DNA of 63,316 nucleotides, counting the filler, from Choristocarpus tenellus KU-1152 (taxonomy: Eukaryota; Protista; Phaeophyceae): the NCBI GenBank assembly GCA_964200185.2. It is 11 parts of 11 records of this genome, joined end to end, with 100 filler letters (N's around TTAATTAATTAA, not from the genome) between each part and the next. Parts side by side here need not be neighbours in the genome. Positions count along the whole stretch, not along the records: positions 53,215 to 60,168 come from CAXNAD020006982.1; positions 60,269 to 63,316 come from CAXNAD020022701.1; 9 more parts are not named here. One strand, 5' to 3'. Position numbers and translations under genes: made by a program. Shown here piece by piece: positions 53,299 through 63,316 of the stretch. The notes under the pieces were generated by a model. That model was given only the letters and a program-made list of their open reading frames with translations. It did no database searches and had not been told where the DNA came from. Numbering within the stretch: position 1 is the first letter of the stretch; each line of letters opens with the position of its first letter.

Positions 53299-56200
53299 CT
53301 TCATGAAGACCTCATCTGGATGGTTCCAGTTCCCACCAACAAGAATGTGCACTGGACCATGGGTTGCCCCATTGAGGCAGTTGAACAGCCCTGAAATGGT
53401 CTTTCTATAGAAGCAGTCTGAATAGGTCTGGCAGGAGGGGGTGAAGAACCCAACCTGGAATAAAAAAGGCAAACTAAATTTAAACATTAACCATAACCCT
53501 AACTTTACACTCATGGAGAAGCATTATATATGAAAGTAACAATTAGGTTAAAGGAAGTCATTAGCAGTAACAGAGAACACTATATAGCAACGTAAGTCTT
53601 CCAGGCCAAAAATAGAAGAGCTACTATACCATGGTTCAATTATATTATAATTCTACTATACCAAGGTTTAACTGTGCCAAAATAAAATGACAGGGAGAAC
53701 ATCTAGGGGCTTGTTTCTTAAGTTAGACCTATCATACTAGTGATGGGGCTAGTGAGTGGTATCTTAATAATATTGTTATCAATACAGTAGGCATAAGCTT
53801 GCCCTCTTTCCTTTACCCTGACCCTAACCCCAACCATATCAAACTCTATTCAATTATTCCCCATGGAGCATACTCACCTACTTACTTCCCACCCAATGAG
53901 AAAATGTATGACATAGTATAGTACCATTAACATGTATGACATAGTACAGTACCATTAACATGTATGACATACTATAGTACTATTAACATGTATGACATAC
54001 TATAGTACTATTAACATGTATGACATACTACAGTACTATTAACATGTGTGACATACTACAGTACTATTAACATGTATGACATAGTATAGTACCATTAACA
54101 TGTATGACATACTATAGTACTATTAACAAGAGGGGCCTTTCACCGCAGTATTAACCCCAACCCTAACCCTAACTCTAAGACACATTTAGCACATTAACAC
54201 CGTGGAAGATAGAATTACCTTAGGGTTAGGGTTAGACGGACCAGAACCAGATGGTCAGATACCAGATGGTCTAAGAGGACAGACCCATTTCAAGACACTT
54301 GACAAAGACCAACAAAGGGACACAATTTAGCAACGACTGCACAGATACAAAAGTACACTTCCAGCGTATATATATAAGCGTGTATTTCCAGTAAACAGGA
54401 AAGAGGTATGGCTCAAAAAAGACCAACAGAAAATATACATACGTGTATTTTTTGTCTACTCACCACTCCATTGGTCCTGTCATGTCGAGTGAAGTAGGGG
54501 GTGGGATTCATATTCCACGGAGATCGGAGGAGGCCCCAGGGGTTGTGCACTTTATTCCACCTTTCAAACAATTTTCATCAAAACAATCATCAAAAAAATA
54601 TAAAAAAGGTATAATATAAACAGTTCAAAGTTTGTGTTTTGTTTGTGTTCCCAGTCCACTCTAATTTTACAATCTAGTTTCACAATCTAGTTTTACAGTT
54701 GAGTTTTACAATCTAGTTTCACAATCTAGCTTTACAATCTAGTTTCACAATCTAGTTTTACAATCTAGTTTCACAATCTAGATTTACAATCTAGTTTCAC
54801 AATCTAATATACTGGAGCGGATTACATTTAGTCTAATCAAAACCACTTGTATCCTACAATAAAACAATACAATAAAATAAACTATTTATTTATTGAGTGC
54901 GATGTTAAAAATATATAAACAGGGAGAAACAGAGAAAACTTGACTCCTGATCAATACTGACTATTTTTTCCAATTGTGGTGGTAAAAAATGCATTTAATC
55001 ATCACCCCCAACTACATATTCATAACCCTAACACTAACCATCCAAAACTCGCACTTTTGACAATACTTGACACACTTAAACTTCCAAAATGGTTCCACAC
55101 AGGTGCACACGAGAAAGTTCTGATTTTTTTTTTAAACATCACTGTAAAAAAAGAAGCAAGATATCAAAAACTGTCAAACCCAATTGAATAAAAGGCAATC
55201 AACCATAGATTTCTCCACCAAAATTCAAAACAAATAATCCAGCTCTACAGGGTTAGGGCTGGGTTGATAAGGGCAGCATCCAATCGATGCAAGAAAACAA
55301 ACAAAAGATTACCAAGCAATCAACCTCAGCACTATGCTATTACTAAAACAAACAAAAACGACCTCTTCGCAAGAGTTCTTAAAATATATATATATATATA
55401 TACATTTGTATCACAACAATCCATCTCACATGTTTCTGGCAACAGGGGTGTATGCCCAGCGCCCCTTTGTGACTATCCTGTGGTAATAAAAACAAAAAAA
55501 ATCAAAGGATAGAGGTTGTGTTAGGGCTAGGGTTAGGGAGAGGTAAGTTTTCCTAAATATTAGAATGCAAATTAATATATATATATATATATATATATAT
55601 AGGGAGAGAAATTTATACATGATATCTATTTGATGCTTTCTGAGCCTGCAAATTCAACTATTGCAATGTTTTCTATACCTGTCTACTACACACTCTCTAC
55701 CACACCTTTCATGTTTTACAATTCAAAAGAGATTTGACAGGTCTCCACTGGTGCCTTCTTGTGCATCCCCACAACGCACGTTACGATACATATTACAATA
55801 CAGTTACGATACACATTACAATACAGTTACAATACACATTACAATACAGTTACAATACATATTACAATACAGTTACGATACATATTACAATACACATTAC
55901 AATACAGTTACAATACACATTACAATAAAGTTACGATACATATTACAATACAAAAAAAACCTGCATCAAACTTCGTTCTTCTGGTGCAACTGCATACTTA
56001 CACCTATGTAAATGATCTGTATCTATACCTGTCCATATAGCTCACCTTTATATCCATTTTCAATACAAATTTCTCCATACATAATAATCTAAACAAAAAG
56101 AACATCAGTAGGGTCAGACTTAGTTAAAGGATATTTAAAGGATATTCAGAAAAAAAAATGCATCCTCAACACTCACTTAAGATCATTGTTGGGGGACATC

Positions 56201-59200
56201 TCCCCAAACCAGTCGTCCAAGAACACAGGACTCTCATTGAGGGAGTCATACAAGTACTCATCCAGTGTGTACTCCCAATAGTGTAGGGCGACTGCAGGGT
56301 TGATCACCTTGAGGGTTAGGGTCAACAGTGTAATATTGAGAATCTATTGAAGATACAGGTTAGGTATTACCTCTGAGTATGTCTGATACCCCCTCCCTCC
56401 AGTGAAACACTCAAGAGGAACAGTGTAGATGGATAAAAAGTTCAACATTACAACATTTGTCAGGGAGGTCAGCAAGGCAAACACTAACGGCTGGATTGAT
56501 CTGTATGCACCGAATACCTTGGTCAACACAACACCCACCACCATGATATGCCTATAACACACACGCCTATGTCATGTCTGTAACACTCACAACTATGTTA
56601 CATCTATAATACCCATAGCTATGTTGTGTCTACAGCATTCATTACGAATTTTATGTCTGTAACACTCATAGATATGTTATGTCTATAACACTCAACACAA
56701 TGTTAAGAATATAACCCTCATCGTTATGCGATGTCCACAACAATTGTCACCATACATGTTCAACACGCTGGAGACAAAAACATATGTAACACTACACAGT
56801 GCCATCAACACACCAGTCCATTACACACATAACAGACACACATAACATTTATCAAAGTAAATGTTGACACAAAAATATATACGATACCGTTACATCGTCC
56901 AAGGTGTGGAGGATTTCTGGAGGGCAACTATTTTTCACTTCGCACCCTTTTAAAAAGAAACACCATTTTAAAAAGCAACCTCTGCTTTCGATCTATCACC
57001 TTGAGCTTCACAACCCCAACCCTGATCCTACACCATAGACCCTAAACAAACAAAAAACGAGATCTCAATTGGTACAAAATTCTAGGTACCTGAAGGGCTT
57101 GTTCAAACAGCAAGGAGTAGCCAACATGATGAGTCATGATGCCTGCATCATCATGCCAGTGATCGCATTCTGGTTGACCAGCGCCTTCCAAGTGAATTTC
57201 AGTAAAAAAATCCATACCCTGTTTGAAATAAAATAAAAAATAGCACAAGATCGCAGCAGAAGAGAGAGTATCAAGCTCTTACTTCAGTAGTAAAAGGGGA
57301 GAATTCCATTGAGTCAATTGAAGGTATACCTTATACCTGAACTTTTCATTATGATTTCATCCATCCATCCATCCGTCCGTCCATCCATATGGTTCTTGCT
57401 CAGCAATCAAATGAGACTTTTCTTTCATAACAATGTTTTGGAGCATTGGATGCATGGTTCTGTTAGGACTCACCCAAGGGGAAAAAAAAGACAGGCAGTG
57501 GTATGCTTTACGTCCTTCTCCCCAGCACACAACCCCAGCAAAAACACTATAACTACAGCATCAACATTCCACTTCACTTCACAACAAATATGTCTTCATG
57601 GCCACGTATCATCAATATCATCAATACCATCAACCATCTTAACCGATTTGATCATGTTTGATATACTTCACAACTGCACTATGGGCGTCTCTGCAACAAA
57701 GTATAACTAATATAGTACTAGAGAACACTATCATCTTTCCGATGCCAAACTAACCCTAACCCTAACCCTACACACACTCACTAACCTTGTACTCGTATCC
57801 GTACACCTTTTGACCTTCCTCTGTCCTGAGCCTGTAAAGAATCTCCATTGTATCCAAATACTCGTCCCGGTCCTCTTCCGTAAGCATACGGATCTCGCGC
57901 CGAACGTACTTTACGATGACATTGGAAGACAGTGTAATAGAGTTTCCATCTTCACTCACAACAAGATCAGCCAAATCCACATTTTTATCAGCCTGTGGGT
58001 TGCCATTTTTTGCACTGCTAGGCATAGAGGAGGCACTAGCTCTTTCCCCTCTCATCCGTGGTCCTGCTGAAGCAGAATTATCAGCATCAATGCTGCTCTT
58101 CTTGCTGGTGAATACCTGGGTGGTGTCAGGGGCCATGCTGGGTATTAGAGAACAAAGGTTCATTCATAGTTCGAGCATGACATGAGGACTACGTTTTGGA
58201 CCTGGTGTACTGTAGGTGATTATTTTATGTATAAAAATTGTAACTGATACCTTATGTTCCCTCAAGTTGTTGATTGCAGAACCAGCAGACGGTGAAGTTG
58301 CTTGTGCGATAAAAGTGGTGCTGGGAGAAGTGATCGTTAGGACAACCTGTTCAAACATCCCTGCTGACTTGAAGGTATGGTTCACAACCTTGCCATAGGC
58401 GGAAGCCTCCTCTTCCCCTAGCACCCAGGTGTACTGTTACATTGAAGAGGGAGCAAACAAATTAAGTTAAAGTCAGGTTTTAACCCAGGGGAAGGGTCAG
58501 TCGCTGAGTGTTGTGGATAGATACAAAAAATGGAGTCCTTCACAAGTAAGTTCCAGTGAGGGAAAAATGTATCAGGCGTGGGAAAAGCCATGTTTAGCCC
58601 TTGAAATCGTTCCCAAAAAATAAGTTACCCCGAACGCCTCAGATTTGCGGATATGAACTGTGGATTCGAGATAAGAGTTGAGATTAGCGTTCGTGTTCTG
58701 AGAGGCTTGGTAGCAACTCCATTCGTCGAGGATACCAGCCAAGCCGAAGCATGCACCACAGAAAAAAGACGCGCAAATCAATTGCAATTATATAATGTAG
58801 CTACCAACAGAATTGGAGAAGTCTTATACATAGTCTGTAGGATAGAACAGGATATAAAGTTAGGTGTACACTCAACGTTGTTTAGACAAACCATAGTACA
58901 GTCGTAGGCACAAGGTGCCCCGGAAAGTTTCACTGCATGGAGTAATTCCTATTTTTCGATTCGGCGTCAGTAACAGCTGGGGAGGAAGAAGAGCCAAATG
59001 AGGCAAAGGTTATCACCTCAGTATCCTCGCCACAGGAAGGACAATGTGCCTCCAAAGTCGTGATTCGAAAGGGCTCTGCGATATGCTTCCACGGAGAGCC
59101 TAAAATTGAGGGGTAATCTCTGTAGCTGTTGTACGCGATGAAGGAGATGTTGGAAATAGGAGAAAAAGAAGGTTTACCACCCGAACTAGACATTGAGTCC

Positions 59201-59619
59201 TCCACAACACTCCCGTCCATTGTTGGAAGTGATAAGTGCTCGGCATTCCTCACATGCCCAGATCTCTTCGCCCTATCAACAACAGAAGTGTATCTTGGAT
59301 CCTCTCCAACCTCCTGCCTTTCATTCCATGATATATGATCCCCGCTCTGCACGGTCTCAACTCCCTTCTTTGTTCGCTCCTCTAAGTTAGGTCCCTCCAC
59401 CAGTTCTGGATTCGAGGTTCCCCCTCTAGAAACCTTTTCCAATGGGGATGGCTCGCCCACAGTTTTGATTTGACCCAATGCTATAAATCCTATACCGAAA
59501 ACAGCCACTCCAAGTGCAAAAAACTTTTTCATCAAGCCTGACCTAGTCGCAACATGGGATCTATGCTGTAGATCGTCTTCCATCCCATCTCCCACTGGGC
59601 TGTAACTAAAATTCGTCAT
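53299..59619 (-). CDS. Tyrosinase-type (type-3 di-copper) protein with N-terminal TM helix, 3' end missing. Exons 59619-59017, 58433-58251, 58115-57786, 57218-57090, 56307-56177, 55477-55430, 54560-54464, 53454-53299
   Basis: VRREIRMLTEEDR, IH...CDHWH..AGIMTHH....FEQALQ, NPAVALHYWEY, GRWA, NPWGLLRSPWN and HGPVHILVGG (CuA and start of CuB). All junctions are GT-AG and phase-consistent. Confidence 0.88.
53905..54128. repeat. Intronic 28-bp minisatellite (CATGTATGACATAGTATAGTACCATTAA), ~8 copies
   Basis: Direct reading. Confidence 0.92.
54660..54807. repeat. Intronic 13-bp minisatellite (ACAATCTAGTTTY), ~11 copies
   Basis: Direct reading. Confidence 0.9.
55778..55952. repeat. Intronic ~23-bp minisatellite (TTACGATACATATTACAATACAG)
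   Basis: Direct reading. Confidence 0.88.
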
Positions 59620-60840
59620 TTGCTCCTGATTCTTGAGGAACACGTCCCCAAGATCTCAAGTTCAGAGCACTGTATCTCGAGTAATCCCTTGGAAGAGGTG
59701 AGAGCAACAACCTTTCACTTTGTAGTTGTGATTCTATGCTCCTCTATTACTATACACATTGTCTCCACTGTCAAATAAACAAATATTGTGTATTGCACAA
59801 CGTAGGAAACATGCTCTTTTCTCAGTGTGATTGAACGATTGGTAGTTGACTCCATATATGTTTCCTATTTGCCACCAGCAACCATATTTTTGTCCAATCA
59901 AGTTACGTCGAACCTAAGGTCATTACTCGTATGTGGTATTCAGCTTACAGTACCTACCCCCATTTTGGGACAAATATTATGAACCAAATCCAAAAATATG
60001 CAATGTTATACCGCTTTTTCGACATGCTCAAAAAAATAGACAAAAGTCCGGAATTATCGTGTGTTCGGGTAATTTGGCACAAAATACCAGAGATATTCAC
60101 GCGAGTTTGGCGCGCGCGTAAAATTTCTCGCGAAAAGTGCCCTTCTTCCTGAGTCATGCTACCATACANNNNNNNNNNNNNNNNNNNNNNNNNNNNNNNN
60201 NNNNNNNNNNNNTTAATTAATTAANNNNNNNNNNNNNNNNNNNNNNNNNNNNNNNNNNNNNNNNNNNNCTGACGTTCGATAATCTGGGAATTGGATTTGA
60301 GTTGTACATCCTGGAAGGTGAGCATTGAGGGGCGCCTGTAACAGATATCAGGATGGTCGAGTCGGACCAAGTGGATGGTTTGTGCATGAAATACGAGTTA
60401 TTATTATGTTACTTCATGAATTTCAAAAATGACAGAGATCTTCACTGGGCCAGGCAGTTGCCATGTCCACTGTTGGCCATATGGCAACTCACAGACCCAT
60501 TCGCAATGGATCCCACAATGAGGCAAGGGCAACCCCAGCTTTGGCCGCCCATTTGCGGAAGGATTTGCGATTTTGCGATGGGTCATCCCAAACGTTGAGG
60601 ATACTTGTACAGCAGCCACATCGCTCCTTGCAACATCATACAAGCTCCATGCATTCACTCTGTGCGACTCAGCTGTCATATTCCTTCGGATCACAGAACA
60701 TGGTGATTCGGGAAATCCTCTCAAGTCCTCTGCAATGGCTGTCACTGTCCCCCGAGGTATCCGAGTGAGTCTCGCACCCTCTCACCTCCAGGCATCATGC
60801 CTCTGCACTCTTCATTGTCGGGGTGTTTGAGTCTGGATCC

Positions 60841-61102
60841 GAGTGAAAGTATCTTAGTATCTTAGAGGGTACAAGTTTTGCCCTGCTTGTTCGTTAGGGG
60901 CTTGGCTTCCCATGGGTTCTTTATGACATTTTCCTAAATGTTTCGGAGTAGGTAATATATATACGTTATGAAGAGGTGTATCCGGAACAAGGATATTGAC
61001 ACTTCCTAACAAACATATGATAGCCAAAATTACATCAAAATTGTAACATTGGATTTTGACCCCCAAACCGACGCGGCTCTACCCTCGAAGAAACTTCAAC
61101 TC
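60841..61102 (-). mobile_element. MITE family A, reverse orientation, 4-bp TSD ATCC
   Basis: atcc|GAGTGAAAGTATCTTAG(TATCTTAG)AGGGTA ... AAACTTCAACTC|atcc. An 8-bp duplication lies inside one TIR. Confidence 0.9.
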
Positions 61103-62559
61103 ATCCTGGACAGACTTCTAGGCGAAGAATTGGTTCAAATGAGCAAGTCGCTTGAATGATGGGGGGCCTTCGTCCTTGGCATTCCCAATGAACACCCGCT
61201 TGAACAGGTTCACGAGGTTTTTGAACCCTGTCAAAGGCAACTTGGTCGACTTTGCACTGGTCGACTCTGCACTGGTGATCCTCCACAGTCATGACAGCCC
61301 ACCATCTCAAACTATATGAGAACTAAACCTCGTTCTGAATGTTTATCATGTGGGTCGTTCCTAGGCGAGAACGGCGGTTGCAAAAGTAACGTATATTTAA
61401 TTCCGATTGGAGGAAATAACAAATTGGATTGCAGATGGAAAGGGTCAAAGTGTCTGTGCTGGATCAATGCTCGATTTTGTGAAAAAAAATACTGAGGTTG
61501 GGAGTCTTGAAATGTACCACTAAGTAAGGTAATCCTACAAGCGTTGAATAATCTAGCTTGTTCTACCACTAAAATAATCACTAGGGAAGCATTTTGGCAG
61601 GTTGCACACCCACCCACTCACGTTTTTTCCCTTCTGAACCACATACTTGCGCAGTGGATGACATGCATTCCCCTGCTGAGATTATTTGTGGCAGGAAAAG
61701 TGTTGCTCTTTTGAATCATATATTGAAGAAGCCCCTAGTAGCGTCCACCAGGCATGTCATGCTTGACAAGTAGTATAACTGGTGCGAATGGTCAGTAGTT
61801 ACACCATTTGCTGGTTACGCCACTCACGTGCTCCAGTCGTATGTTGACAGATTGGACTGCATTCTTCATCATGGTCACCTATGACTTCGCAAATCCATGT
61901 GGAGGCACAACTGAAGTGATTGTTCGTCCTGATGACCTCAGGCACTACCAATCAATGAGGAATTGCCACTACCAGTGTCAATGCTACCAGTGACGATTGC
62001 TCTGTTGGAACTGCCCATTGGAACCACTCTCGCAACGGAGGTTAAGCTTCCACTCGTGGGGGAAGCAATAAGCAGTGTCTCTCCACTCCCCACAACATTT
62101 ACATACATTTACAATAAATGTCAAAAACACGGATCGTGCTGAGGTCCTCAGGCATAGCTGGGAATGAAATAGGAAATATTGCTCTTCACTTGACAGTACA
62201 ATATTGTCTTCTCAAAGTTTTTCTCCACCATCGTACTCTGTTTCTGTTGAATTGCTCTGTGGTGATGGTGATAAGAGGTGGCAATTGCGGATGTTGTATT
62301 GTTTCCTTCTCCTGTCGTTGTGAACCTCAAGCAGGTACCCTTTGACTTACAAATACACACACCATCATGTTACGTCGAAACTACAAAAGTTGCGTTATTT
62401 GATAGATTTTGAAGCAAAATGTTACAGCATAACATATTGTTAAAATGTTCATGTCATGATGTTATGACGTAATGTGAGATACTTTAAAAGAAAAACCCTA
62501 CGTTACGCCCATAACCCTGAAGACGAAAATGTATACATTAGATATAGTTTTGTTCTTAT

Positions 62560-63215
62560 TATGTTGTCTAACATTTTGCAAATGTGTGGGAGGAAAAACC
62601 AATGAAAATTGTTCACATGTCAGAAAAATTCCTAAAAAGGTAACAGTTGTCTTAAAATGTGAACGACATTCATACATATTATATATGTAATTATTCCCTC
62701 TGACATTTTGCAGACGTTTCAGGGGGAAAACCAACCACAACCATTAAAATGTGTCGGGGGAAAAACCACTGAAAACTGTTCACATGTCAGAATAACCACT
62801 AAAAAGTAACAGTTGTTGTAAATGTGAAAGGCATCAATCTATTTACTAGTTTACTAACAACTGTACTACAGTGCGCCCCCATTGGCTTATGTCCCTCACA
62901 CTCCAGTTCAAAACATTTACAACAATGCGTTTTAAGCTGGAGTCATCAGGGAGATGGGCAAGGAGGGGCTTCTTAGATTCTGGGGGTGCTTCCCTACCTC
63001 CTCACGCAGGGGTGCAGGAGTAGCTAGGTTGGAGACAGAGGAAGGCAGTGGTACAGCATAGGTGGTAGTAAAATGGCAAATAGTTTAATGTCTATCACAA
63101 TTATAACAACTGTCACTTTTTAAAGGATTTTTCTGACATGTGGATAGTTTTCATTGTTTTTTCCTTTGACACACCTACAAAATATCAGAGGGCATAATAA
63201 TATAATATGCAGTAC
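62560..63215. mobile_element. Foldback-like element: inverted arms ~62690-62875 and ~63045-63215; left arm tandemly duplicated. Related fragment at ~44060-44100
   Basis: CACATGTCAGAA...AACAGTTGT versus ACAACTGT...TTCTGACATGTG; TTATTCCCTCTGACATTTTG versus CAAAATATCAGAGGGCATAATAA. Confidence 0.65.
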
Positions 63216-63316
63216 ATATTATGTCCAAATTACTATACACCAAATCATACTTATCATATCTACACAGCCGATTTCAAAAATTGAGGATGAAGCTTTTCAT
63301 TGAGGATGGGCTTGAC

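Noticed and set aside
53905-54128. 28-bp repeat array (and the 56-, 23-, 15- and 13-bp arrays) as possible CRISPR
   Set aside because: Units are head-to-tail with no unique spacers, in eukaryotic introns or repeat DNA, and there are no cas genes.

Overview
Eukaryotic, intron-rich, repeat-rich sequence. It is not one continuous locus: 11 contig pieces are joined by artificial 100-bp linkers (N-run + TTAATTAATTAA + N-run), so adjacency across linkers means nothing. EsV-1-7 Cys/His repeats, signal-peptide+'AF' plastid-targeting N-termini and TTAGGG-type repeats suggest a photosynthetic stramenopile, probably a brown alga or close relative (inference). Partial spliced host genes that I reconstructed with consistent splice phases: an SBF-like/SLC10A7 transporter, CIA1/CIAO1 head-to-head with ribosomal uL24, an Sds3/BRMS1-like protein, the NVL/Rix7 AAA ATPase, a YheT/ABHD-type alpha/beta hydrolase and a tyrosinase-type di-copper protein. 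Mobile DNA includes a PIF/Harbinger transposase pseudogene, an intron-containing Sola2-like transposase, a Ty1/copia RNase H+PPT remnant, an RLE-type non-LTR 3' remnant and several non-autonomous TIR families. The most striking system is a ~258-bp GAG...CTC MITE with 11 full, partial or rearranged copies. It makes 3- or 4-bp TSDs and is nested within itself: two inverted copies sit about 50 bp inside either end of a third copy, which interrupts an EsV-1-7 repeat array.
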